This document shows, in pieces, positions 1-12,400 of a DNA stretch of 61,170 nt. Source of the stretch: a virus (Duplodnaviria; Caudoviricetes); IMG/VR virus record IMGVR_UViG_3300048576_000579, positions 1-61,170 of that record; one strand, written 5' to 3'. The first letter of the stretch is position 1. Each line of letters begins with the position of its first letter. Under the pieces are notes generated by a model. That model saw only the letters and a program-made list of their open reading frames with translations, was not told the origin of the DNA and searched no databases. The position numbers and the translations under genes were made by a program.

Positions 1-285
1 ATGAAGCCAGAGAATATTGCAGAGCTCCTTAACGCCTGCGTAGCGATATCCGCGCTAAATTTCGCGAGGCTTTCTTTTTCAATGCGGCCGTGTCCGACGT
101 GCGGAGGGGAAGTTTCGGTTTATCCAGAAAGAATTTTCAACCCCGATTTTACTGACTCAAGGCTTGAGGCACGCGCAAAATGTATGCGTTGCTTCAAAAA
201 AAGTGATGTCTATCCATTGGACAAGATTGTCGAATTTCACAACACTAAAAACATTCTGACGATCTACCCAGCCCCGGGGGACTGA
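1..285 (+). CDS. Hypothetical protein with CxxC...CxxC zinc ribbon (moron-like)
   Basis: CPTC and CMRC motifs; lower GC; convergent with the late operon. Confidence 0.55.
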   Translation: MKPENIAELLNACVAISALNFARLSFSMRPCPTCGGEVSVYPERIFNPDFTDSRLEARAKCMRCFKKSDVYPLDKIVEFHNTKNILTIYPAPGD

Positions 286-288
286 ACA

Positions 289-471
289 ATGAACGAATGG
301 GATAACTCCGCTGAGAAATGCAAGGAATTATATGAACATCTGTTGTTCCTTCGGGACCAGGTTCGATTAGGCCCCCAGATCGAATTGTACAAGAAAGCCG
401 TAATGGATTTAATCGACTCTCAATCTAGTCATCCTCATCCGCATCCTCACTCCGATCAAACGCCAGCCTGA
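289..471 (+). CDS. Small hypothetical protein
   Basis: 60-aa ORF 3 nt after the previous ORF, ending 2 nt before the stop of the giant gene. Confidence 0.5.
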   Translation: MNEWDNSAEKCKELYEHLLFLRDQVRLGPQIELYKKAVMDLIDSQSSHPHPHPHSDQTPA

Positions 472-473
472 GA

Positions 474-3400
474 CTACTCGGCTTCGTCCTCGTCCCCATC
501 CGCATCCTTCATCATCATCATAAATTGCTTACTCCCGCGCGCCATGCGCATGGCCTGGTTGCGCAGGTTCGACGCTCGAATGAACGATACGGCCCCCGCC
601 AGCTTGTGCTTTGCCACGCTCTGGTTAAACTTCTGAACATCGAGCACGATCTTTGACCATTCCGCAGAGTCCTTTTTCTGGCTCGCGTAGAAGGCCCGCG
701 CCCGCTCGTAAATCTCGTTGCGCCGCTCCGTGAACCCGGCCACGTCCGCCTTCGCCTCATGGGTCCGCTGCTTCAAGGATGACTCATCGGACGGCGTGAC
801 GCCCAAGGCCTTCAGCGTGGTTTCCGTCGCGCTCGGCCGGTAGGGATGACCCTTTTCGTCGTACACCCGCGCGCCGGTCTTGGTTGTGACGCCCTGTTCC
901 GACTCGCGGGCGGCCTGGAGCATGCGCCCTGCCGCGTTTGGCAAGGCCTTCTCGGCGGCCCGGCCATACTGCCCCTTTTTTAGATACCTCCAGGCGTCCG
1001 CCACGTCTCTCCACACGCCGCCTATCGGCCCAGAAACGTCACTGGCGCTGTCCGGAATGTTCGGCAGCATCTTCATGGAGCTGGTCAGGTTCATGCCCAT
1101 CAATCCGAACGCGCCGAACCGTGCGAAGTCGTCTACATGTCCGCCAAGGTTGCGCCGGATCATGTCGTGCAAGACCTTGTCCGGATCGCGGTCAGGCTCC
1201 AGCCCCTTGGCAATGGCCTGCGCCACCATCCAAGCGACCGACCCCGTACCACCCGCGAGCAGGACAGGCGAGAGCGTGAGCCAGGCGGCGGCCTTGGCGT
1301 TCTTCTGGCTGAGCCCCAGGTCGTAGAGCATTTGCAAGGTGTTGTGGCCGAACTTTTGGTACACGTACATGACCTGCCCGATGCGCCCCAACCCGGTCCC
1401 CCAGGCCAAGTACGGCATGGCCTCCTTGCCGTAGACGCCGTGCGCGCGGTCGCTCGCCAACTCCGCGCTCTTCATGGCCTGAGCATGATCCTGTCCAGCG
1501 CGGCGAGCCAAGCGGTAGGCGGCCAGCATTGTGCCGCCTCGGTTTGCCTGCTCGGTTTTGGAGAAGAACCACATGGCCCCCTTCATGGCCGTGGCCCACC
1601 CATCGCCCATGGCCGCCCGGTACGCACTCGACGCCTCGCGCGCGAATTGTGCGTCATCCAGATTCTTCCGCTTCACCTCGGCCATGAACGCGCGCTCATC
1701 GTCATTCTTGAGCGCTGATTCTCTCCCGGCGAAGGCCCACGCGGAATAGTCCTTGAGCCCTTGCGCCGTGGCCAGCGCAATCTGGCCCATCGAGCCCTTG
1801 CCGCCCAGCGCGTATTGGTGAATGGCCGGCGGGACGTTGGTGGCCAGCGCGACCATGTTCACGAGCGCGCTGCGCGGATTGAAGCCCAGGAACTTGAAGC
1901 TCGCGATCCCCTTGGCTAGGCCTATGGCTCTATCCGCGGCCTCGGCGTTCCGGAGCTGCTCCTTCAGATACTCAATGGAGTATTGGTAAGCCTCGGGTTC
2001 ATCCTTCGGATTAATCCCCTTGCCGTCCTTGCCGCCGAACAGCGCCAGCGTCGCCTGCTGCGCGGCTTCGCCCTTGGCCACGCCGTAAGCCGTCATGGTC
2101 GTGTAGGTCATAAAGCGCTTGCCGGGGTCCGTCTCGTATCCCAGAACCACTTCACCACGGCGCCCTTCGCGCTTAATCGACGCGGACCGGAAGCCGCGGG
2201 CCTTGATGTCGTCGGCCAGATTTTGAATCAAATCCTGGTAAAGCGCCTCTTTGACCTCATCCTGGACGGCGCCTTGCTTGCGCTCGACAGAAACAACCCT
2301 TTTCCCTTCATCGCGCATGCGGTCGGCAAGCGCCGGGTCCGTCGTGGTCTCGCGCATAGTTTCGGTCTTGCCCAAGCCCTTATCCTTGAGCCAGGTGATT
2401 TCCCAAACGCCTTTCGAGGCGCTGGCCGCCGAGCTGATCGCCTTGGCCATCTCCAGAGCCCGGATAGCCTGCTGCGTCGATTCCGGCAGGGCCTTGACCT
2501 TGCCCACAGGGTTCATCTTCCAGCCATCGCGCTCCATCTGCCTGCGTAGCATGGTCGCCTGCAATCCCGTGGCCGCGTGCTGGCGGTAGAACTCCCATTC
2601 GCCGGTCTCGGGATTCTTGCGCTTGCCCGTGACCGTGAAGCTCCCCTGATCGCGCTGGCGCGGCGCGTAGCTTCCGCGCAGCTCGCCCATGCGCTCAATC
2701 GCCTCTTTGAGCGACATCTGCACCACGCGGCCGGATTCGTCCGTGTATTCGACGTCCTTGAGGATCTTCTCAATGGGCACGCCACGCTCGTCGGCCTTCT
2801 TCTGTGCATCGGCCAGCATCTCTCGGTACGCCTTCAGCCGCAGGTCAAGCAGCTTGTCATACGCCTGACGCATGTCCTTCCAGAGGGAGATGGTCTCTTC
2901 CGAAGCCCCGTGCTCTTGAAAAACCTTTTCCGTGGCGTCCATCTTCCATTCGTTGACGTCGGCGCGGTCCATGATCTCGCCGAGCAGTTTGTATTGCTCT
3001 GGGGATTCTTTGGCCAGCTTCTTCAGGCCGGCATGGATCGTGGTCCCGTCCTCGCGCTGGAGCGTCTCGAACATGATCTCGTGAGCTCGATCCTGGCGGT
3101 TGCGGAAAACCTCGAATATCTTCCGGAATACCGGATGCTTGATCCATTCCGGAGAGCGCCCCAGCTTACCAAGGAAGCCGAACTCCGAGGCCTTTCCCGG
3201 CATGAGCATGTTGGACAGCGAGTATTGCAGGCCGGCCGCCACGTCCCCGACGAAAGCCTTGATCTTTGAGGAGTTGGCCATGGTCGGAGTGGGCGTGTCC
3301 TCGATGGGGGTGGAGAGGGAGAAGCGAATGTCCGGGTTGCGCGCCGAGAACGTGCCTACGTTGCCGGTGGCGGATTTGATTTGTTCAGGATCAATGACAG

Positions 3401-6400
3401 CAATCTCATTTATCTTGCCATTCTCCTCCATGATCAACGCGTCTGAAGTTATATTCTGGTAGTGCCCCCATGCTTTTTGACCGACATACACAGGGTTTAC
3501 AGACTTTATGTACACAGGATATACGGCTCCCCCAGATTCAGGAGCATAATGACCGGCATAGTCTGGATGCGGACTAAAAAAAGACCCTGACCGAAAATTC
3601 ATATAGCCATACGGACTATTTTCTGCTTTTGCCTTTCTGAAATGCTCTAATGCATGTTCATAGTCCCCGCGTGTTCCCCCTCCATTTGGCAAAAATGATG
3701 TTATGTCGCCATTCCCTGTGCCGTGATACACCACGAGCGGTTCGCCGTTTTCGTCAACAACCCGTGAGGGGAGATGTTCCGGCTTGACGTTTTCGAGAAG
3801 AGTGCTTATTTTCATCTCAGAGATACCCGCTTCGCCCGGTCCGGATTTGATATCCGGTCTCGGCAACCTAGCGGGTTTTTCTATTTCTGATAGGTAGTGG
3901 TCGTAGAAAAATGAACCATCTCTTGCCTTTTTAACTACTAATCTGGCAACATACTCGTCACCACCGATACGTAGCGGAGCATAGAAGTGGTAAACCGTGG
4001 GAATATTGTCGAACTGCTTCTGCTTTCTGTTTGTTTCGTACCCTACCAAAACAGCTTTTTTTAACAGTTCAGGGATAGCGGGAACAGACTGATTGTGAGC
4101 AATCTGCGCTGCATGGCGCATAGTTTCGTCTACCCCGACGCTGCCGATGATTATGCTCCATCCAGTATCAGCATTTACCGTCTTACTTTGCGTTTTTGAA
4201 GTGCGCAGATTTTCTAAAATCTCACGAGCCTTTTCTTGCATTTCTCTTATTGGGGTACCGGATGGGGAGATCTCATCCCCGCGCAGAACGGTGTAGGGGA
4301 CGGGGCTTTTTCGTAGCACTTCCCAATCCCCAAACCACTCCTTAAACCACGGCGTCCGCACCTGCTTCCACTGCAATTCGTTGAGCTGCGACGGTTTTCC
4401 ACTCGGCGCAAGCAAGCGCCCCTGCGTATCTCGCACCTCTTTCACCGCGTCGAGCTGTCGCTGCGCCTCGGCCTGGACGCGCTTTTGCTCCTCTGGCTTC
4501 AGGTTGCCAAAGTCGTGGCGCATCTCGGCCAGGGAGCGGGCTGCGGCTTTTCGTTCTGTCATCGACGCCCGCACCCCGGCCAACTCCCCGCCCATCGCGC
4601 CGCCAAAACCTTGCCCCGCGGTCTCGCGCGCCTGCCCCCGGCCGGTCAGCCAGTCGAAGCTGTCGCGCGCGATCTGCTCCATTTCTGGCCGGCTGAGCTT
4701 GTTGCCGGGGAGGATCTTCGTAACCAGGCGCTCCAAGAAATCGACGAACTTCTGCCAGAGCGTGCGCTCTTTCGGGCTGAGGTCTTCGCCGAGCTGCAAC
4801 TTCTCGGTGAGTTGGGCGTGCATTTCTTCAGCCAGCTCTAGGCGGTGTTCAGCGGAGGACATCCCATCTCGCTGAGGATAGAGGCGCTTGAGGTCGGCCC
4901 ATTCCTTGGAGCCTTCAAACGTTGCGGCCACACGGTGTAAGTAACCGACAAACTGCGCCTTCCACTGCTTTCCGAACTGCTGCTCGAAAAACCCACGCAA
5001 GCCATGATGACCCACGGACTCATGCAGCCAGACTTCTTTGGCCGACTCGAGCACGGAATGGGCAACGTCAGCCTCCCCCATCATGGCCCCGGCATTGAAA
5101 TAGATCGTCTGGGTTTTCGGATCGTAGACGGCGCGCATGGTCTGGCCTTCGGGAATCTGGTCGATGACATGGCGGGGGGCTTCGTCCATGGACGCGAGCA
5201 CCTTGATTGCGATGCCGCGTTTGGCGATTTTTTGGAGCGGTTCAAGCTGCTTTTCGAGGGCGGAGACTTGGGCGGGGGTGGCCCTTCTTTCTCCAGAGGC
5301 CTCGCTGTGCGAAAAGCGCGCGTCGTCCACGTTCAAGGCCTGGCCAAGTTCTTCTGCACTCGCGCCTCCCTCCGTCTTGACTCCATCGGCCTGGAGCTCC
5401 TTCTCCAGTTGCGCGACCTTGGCCACGGCTTCGGCCAGGGTGGACTCTTGCGGGAATGGCGCGCCTATTCTGCGATCATAAGAGGCCTTCTCGTCCTTGT
5501 TTCCTTGGATGCTCTTCAGCCTGTTTGAGAGATCGCGTTGCACCATGATATTGGCTTCTTTGACGCGACGCGCAAGCGTTGTCCCGGCCGTTTCCTCCAG
5601 GTTTATGGCGCCACTCCCGTACGCAGGCCGCAAGTCAAAGCGCCGCTTGTTCTTGGAAACAAAAATGTCTCCGATACGGCATTCCCCGTCCTGTAGGCGC
5701 TCTAGATCCAGGTAGATATTCTGATCGCCTTGACGCTTGCCCAGGAGCCGCGTCGCCTCTTTCGCCTTGCCTTGCTTGAACTGCTCCAGCTCCTTGGCCG
5801 CCTTGGCCCAGAGTGCGTCCCCCGCCGCGCGGTCGCCTTCGTAGTGCTTCCCGTCGATCTCCATAAAGAAGTCTTTCGACGCCAGATACCCCTCGTCACC
5901 CAAGTCCTTGAGCAATGCGGACAGTTCGTTTACACGCTCAGTTCCGCTTTTGATGCTGCTGGAAAGGCTTCGCGACTCTCGTTTGAAACGTATCTGCTCG
6001 TTGTGATGCGCAGCCTGTAACGACTCCAACCGTTGCACTTCTCCGCGCAGCTTTACCAGCTCGATAGCGCGCTCGTCGCCTGCTGCCAGGGCCGCGGCCA
6101 TTTCAAACTGCGAGGCCTCGCCCACGTCGTCGAGGTTGCGAACGGTGTCATCGCCGGAAAAGGCCTGATCAATGAATTTTTGTTTGCGGGCCAGGCTGCC
6201 CCACTGCGTCGAGTCGTAGGTGCCTTTCGTGGCGTACCAGTTTATCGAGATTTTTTTGTTCAGGTTCCCCTGTCGCAGGATGCGGCCATGCGCCTGCTCG
6301 ACCGCGGCCGGATACCAGGGTGGGCTCAGGTAGTGTAATTCCTTGAGACGACGCTGAACATTCAACCCCGTCCCCATATTCTTAGACGATCCGAAAAGGA

Positions 6401-9400
6401 TGCGCTTGGTCCCGGCGCGCAGCTCCTTGAAGAGCGCCTCCTTCTTGGCGTGCGTGTTGTAATCCTCCATCCAGGCAATTTCAGAGGGGTTCACCCCAGC
6501 CTCTTTCAACCGTCCGTTGATGAAGGCCTTGACGTCAAAACCGCGGTTCTTGCGCACAGCCTCGCCAAACCCGACGTCTGAAAAAACAATCTGCGTTGCG
6601 CCAGGCCTTTTCTCCCCGTCGTAGCGCTCTTGGGTTGTCCGTTTGTGGGTCGCAATGATCTTGTCGATCATCTGGTTCAGCTTAGAGTTCTTGTCGTCCT
6701 TGGCGCCGACAAGCCGCAGATCAATCGCCGCCAGTCGACCGTCCGTGATGATATTGATCAGAGGGTCAGGGTTTCCGGGCTGATCTTTGCTCGGCTTGAA
6801 TTTCTTGCTGATTTCGATGCGGCGTTGCAGCTCTCCCTTGAGATAGGCGTTCAGGGCGTCCGACGGCTGTACGACGACGTTCGTGGGGTTTCCCTGGTTT
6901 GTCAGCGTCGGTCGTTTTACGATGTCGCCCAACTGCTTGGAGCCCATAACATCCATGAACGTGAGCACGCGCTTCATGAGCTCAGGGACGTTGACGAACT
7001 TGGCGAAGCGCTCGACGGTCTCATATGATCCGGCCGCGTTCTGCTCGACCAGGGCGGCAACCTCGCCGAACATTTGGGACCAAGCGTCGAAGTGCTCCAT
7101 GCCGCCCCTTTCCAATCCTTCGGGGTCCATGTAGCGCATGATCGAGTACAGCTCGCCCATGGTATTGACGACGGGCGTCCCGGACGCGAATACGTGCGAG
7201 CGACCCGGGTTTTGCTTGGCCAAATGCAACGTCTTGACGTAGAGGTCCATGGCCTTGGCAGAGCCATTCGGGTCAATCCCCTTCAAACCCATGCGGTTCG
7301 TGACAAACTCCAGCTTCCTGAACTCGTGAGCCTCGTCCACATAGAGAAAATCAACGCCCATGTCCTCAAATGAGACGATGCCGTCTTTTTCCTCCTTGGC
7401 CGCTTTACTCATGATTTTGGATTCGAGATTTTCTTTCTGCTTCTCCAGCTTCTTGCGGGTGATCCTGTCGCCGGTTTCGACGTCATCCAGGGCTGCATCA
7501 AGCTGTTCCAAAAATTCGTTGACGACGCTGCGCAACGACTCCTCGCGCACGCCAATCTTGCCGAAAGAGCTGTGCGTGATGATGATGGCGTCCGGATCGT
7601 TCAGCGCAGCCTGAGCAAAGAAGCGTCGCCGGTTGGAGGTATGAAAGCCCTTTTCGTCCGCGACCATGATGTTCGCCAGCGGGTAGGCGTCCACAAACTC
7701 GGATGCGAACTGCTGCAGCATGTGATTCGGGACCACGTACATGGGCCGCTTGACCAGCCCGACGCGGCGTTGCTCCATGCCCGAGACGATCATTTCCAAA
7801 GTCTTGCCGGCGCCTACCGCATGGTTCAGGTAGGTTGTACCGGTCTGCAGGACGCGCCAAATCGCCCGTTTTTGGTGGTCGTAGAGCTTGTACTTGAGCG
7901 AGAGCCCCGGCAGGGTAAGGTGGCTACCGTCGAACTTGCGCGGCGCCAGGTTGTTGAAATTCCGATTGTAGTAGGCGGTCAGTTCTTCAGTGCGTTTGGC
8001 GTCTGTCCAAAGCCAATTTCTGAACGCCTCTTTGATCTTGGAGACTTTTTCTTGCGCCGCCGCCGTCTCTTCTTTGTTCGTGAAGGTTTTTGTGCTTTTA
8101 TCAACGGTGACGGTATCTTTGATGGTTACAGTGCGGTTGTTCATAGCCGCAGAGAGCAAGGCCGCCGGTGGGCGTCTGACCGTGCCCCATTCGCTGGCCG
8201 CCGTCCCCTTGCTGTTCTCTCCGACGACGAACCAGACGCCGGCATCGCGGCTATAGGAGATCCCGGAGTGGAGCTCCATGATCTCCTTGGCGAACTGCTC
8301 AATGTGCGCGGAATCGACCCACGGCGCCCCAAGGGCGACCGTGATCTCCGACGGATTCAGCGGCCGCGGCTGGACCCTGAGCAGTGCCTGGACGTTGCGC
8401 TCAAAGCGTTCGTCCGACTTGGCCACGGTCTGCGCCTCCTCCAGCTTAGACACGACGTCGCCAGAGAGGTATTCATCGGCCGTCTGCCAGCCGTGACTGG
8501 GATCTTCAAAGACCGCATCGCCCAACTCCTCGATGACTCGCTCTCGCGACGATCCGGCAAGCTCGGCGATATGGGCGATGTCGAGCCGCCCCAGGTCGTT
8601 CAGGGAGACGGCCAGGGCGTCTTGTGCGGTCTTGATCTCCGGCCGCGAAGGTTTTTTGATCGTTCGTCCTTTAAAGAAATTCCCCTTCTGAATCTGGTTA
8701 TTGGAGTCAATCGTTTCGAGCGCTTCCATGAGCGAGCGCTCATAGTCAAGGTCAAGCAGCTTCTCCCGTTTGTGTCTGCGAGAAACCGCTACAACGTCCT
8801 CGCCCTCATCGTTTTTAGCTTTGCGTTCAATGACCATGAATTCACGAATCTGGCCATGCTCACGCACAAAAGCGTCATAGGCCTTTCCCAGGGCCTTAAG
8901 TGAAGACTCCCAGTCACCGTCGTTGATCTGGTCATGTTGCGCCTGCTTGAGTAACACCTTGAGCGACGCGTATCCCTTGAGCCAGCTCTTTTCTTCAGGC
9001 TTGACCTTGGCGATTTCATCCACCGAAACGCCAGCCCCGTCCTGGACCACGCGGACCTCGCCCGAACCATCCACGTACAGCGCACCTTCGCGCTTGACGT
9101 TCGGGTTGAAATCCTTCTCGGCTGTCCTGGCGTTTGTGACTTCCGCCTTTTTCCCTTGGGACTCCATGTAGACGTCCTTGGGCAGGTTCTCGACGGCCTT
9201 GGCAAAATGCGCCTCAATGTCGCCGTCCATCGGCGTGACCGTGTATTCACCCCGATAGCGCATCTTCCCCGACAAGCTGTGCTCGCCCAGGACCATCTCC
9301 GGATGCTGTACGAAGTATTCATTGACCAGCGTCGGGCCTTCCGGCGTCTTGACCTCGTCTAGGCCAAGCCAGGATTCTCCGCTCTTGGCCGCGCCCTCCT

Positions 9401-12400
9401 CGCGCTTGCGCAGAAAAAGGACGTCCGTGACCACGTCGGTTCCGGCGTTCTGCTTGAAGGCTGTTTGCGGCAGACGCACGGCGCCGAGCAAGTCAGCGCG
9501 GTCTGCCAGGTACTGGCGCGCCGCGTCGTCGGCCTTGTCCATGGTGTAGCGGCTGGTCACGAAGACAAGCAGACCGCCTGGGCGTACGCGGTCGATGGAT
9601 TTTGCGAAGAAGTAGTCATGGAGCGCGAAGCGGTTCTTCCGGTATTCCGGATCAGACATTACCTTCGTGCTCGAAAAAGGCGGATTCCCAATCGCCAGGT
9701 CAAAATAATCCTTGGGGAGCTTCTGCTTGGAGAAATCGCCCTCGATGACGTTGGCGTTGGGCAAGAGTTGCTTGGCGATGGCCGCGGTCATGGAGTCCAT
9801 CTCTACGCCGACATAATGGATGTTGTTGGCGATATGCTGCGGCGCGGCTATGGGGAAGAGGCCAACGCCCATGCCAGGCTCCAGGACATTTCCTTGCGTG
9901 AAGCCAAGACGCTCCAGACCGGACCAGATCGACCGAATGACTTTTTCCGACGTGTAATGCGCGTACTGCGTCGAGCGCATGGCCGTGCGCAGCTCTTCGG
10001 GGCCAAACAGGGAAACAACCCGCGTGACGAGGTCTTTCCACTCAGGCCTGGCCCGGTCCAGGTCTATTCGGCCGTCGTAGCTGCTGACAGGAAAAAGATT
10101 CTGGGAGAGTTCAGACGCGCCCCAGCCCGTCCATTTTACGAGCTGGGCCTGCTCTTCCGGCGTGGCTTGGCGTTGCTCCTGCTGGAGCTTTTTGACGAGT
10201 TCGACGATACCGAGGTTGCGTTCGGCGGTCTTTTTCCACGACCCCTCTCGCGCGAGGGAGCCTTCGGGCGCTACATAGTTTCCGCCTCTTCCTCGTCTTC
10301 TATCGGCAGGTCCGCGATCCCCTCCTCTATGGCTATCTTCCAGCATTGGTTCGCCCACATGTGCGCCTGCTGGAAGATCTCCAGCCCGTCCTCTGGTTCT
10401 TCCTTTCCGCTCCCTCCGAGTTCTCTGGTCATCGCCTCTTCGCGAATCGCCTCCATTCTTCCTTGCAGGAACTCGTTCAGCGTCCCGTCCTTCTCCATCT
10501 CGCTGTACGCCTTGGGTGCTCTGTCCTTGAGCGCCACCCTGAGCATCTCTAGCATTTTGTGATGTGGCATCCACATGGCTTTTCGCCTCCGTTTGCTCAG
10601 ATTTTACGCTTGTATTGGGGGCGTTGTCTACATGCTGGAGCTGTTCCTGCGTCTCTTTTTTGGGGGCCGCAGTCCGCGCCGGACCCGCCTCGTCATACCC
10701 TACGTCCTGCTGCTCGCCGAAATCAACATGTTCCTCAACGCCGGCATTGAATCTCTCCTCCGCCAAAGCCCGCGCGTACCGATGCACCTTCGCCTTCTCC
10801 GGGAACTTCTTCTCGACGGCCTCGACGCTGCCGAGCTTGTCCACGACCTTGGAAACGTGCTCGCGCATACCAGGCGTGAGCGTAGCGCCAAGTTCTTGAG
10901 CCCCTGGCGCTTTCGTCTTCGCTACCGAAAACCTTTCTTCAGCGAGCATCCGAGCATACCGCTGGGCTGTCGCTTTTTCCGATGGATACTGTTTAGAGAC
11001 TGCTTCAACGCTTCCGAGCGCATCCACATTTTGGGATATTTTGTTTCTCAAAGCTGGCTTTAACGCTCGCCCGAGCGCTTCTCGCACCATGAGCAGGCGC
11101 TGCCGATCTTCATCAACTCCCTGGTTGGCTTTGCCGAGTTCTTCAGAAGACGAAGAGGGAGACGCAACCTCGGCCGCACCCCGTGTCGAAACAGGCGGTG
11201 CTGCTGGGCTGGCTGCTCCTGGCTGATTCGCGTGCTGCTCGACTTGAGCCCCTGTTGCCTGTTCTTGGTTCTGAAGGACGGCCGTGCGCACGGAAGCGGC
11301 CGGAATGCCGGTCACAGTCGCTTTCCCTTCTCCCTCCATGCCCTGTGCCGAATTCTTTTCTTGCGCTCCTCCTGGGGCAACCTCGGGCGTCGTTTGTGTC
11401 TCACCAGTGAGAGGCAATTGGTTTTGCATCTCACGAACGGGCGATTGCTGAGACGCAACGGGTTGGACGGAAGGAGACGCCGCGAACGGATCGCCCTCGA
11501 TTCCATCGACCCCGGCCGGAAGGTCGGATGCGCCCACGCTCCCCTCGAACCCAGGCGCGGCATGGTCGGGCATTTGCGGCGCCGCGTAGCGTTCCTCCGC
11601 CAAGGCGCGGGCGTAGCGCTCGCCCACGCTGTTCCCGCGGAAAACCTTCTGCACCTTCTCCAGCGAGCCGAGCCTGTCAACGCGGCGGGCTATACCCTCC
11701 AGGGCCTTCGGCTTCAGCGTCTGCTGGGCCTCGGCGAAGATCTCCATGGCGGTTGGCGCGGCGGGAGCTGTTTCCGTTTTGGAAAGAGTTGGGGCGGCAG
11801 ACGCCACGGGTTGCGCCGCCTGCTCCGGAGTCGTGGGCTGCTGCTCGGTCGGGGAAGCGGGGGCCGCCGGCTCGACCTGCGCCTGCTGCGCGGCCGAACG
11901 CTCCTCGAAAATCCGCTCAGCGAGCGCGACCGTGTACCGGCTACGCGGGGACTTGTCCGCGAACGTTTTCCTGATAAGTTGTAAGTCGTTGATTTTCTCT
12001 ATGTTTTTCGCCGCCGTCTCGCGCGTATTAGGGCGCAGGTGCGTCTCCCCGTACGCAAGAACATCCTCGCGCGAAGCCTCTGGCGGTAATCCTGCCTGCC
12101 GTTGCCGCTCTTCAACCTGCGCCTCTTCCGAGTTCCGGCCGGCGATCTCCATGCGCTGGGCCGGGGTGGCGTCGGGGGGGATTGGCAGAGGCGGGGCGGT
12201 GCTTGCCGTCCGCGGCTGTTCCTCCTGCGGTTGGACTTGACCTTGTTGGGGGATTAGGTCGGCGAACGGGTTGGCCTCTTGAGTTAACTCAGGGGCTAAC
12301 TCTTGGGGCATGCCTCCAAGGCCGAGGGCGCCGTAGTTGGAAGAGCCAAGCTCCTTCCAGAGAGCGGAAAGACGCTCTTGCTCTTCCAGGGTTGATTTGC

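Noticed and set aside
7572-8903. 443-aa + strand ORF and other long antisense ORFs (9465-10562, 15448-16479, 23392-24330, 25660-26628)
   Set aside because: Shadows of GC-rich, codon-biased genes on the opposite strand, with no SD or motifs
11312-11440. Second nested basic ORF in the giant gene (VRCKTNCLS...)
   Set aside because: No SD or promoter, and shadow-frame composition
12268-12302. Possible + strand hairpin GGGTTGGCCTCTTGAG-TTAA-CTCAGGGGCTAACTC
   Set aside because: Relies on several G-U pairs and a bulge, with no promoter or U-tract, so it may be chance
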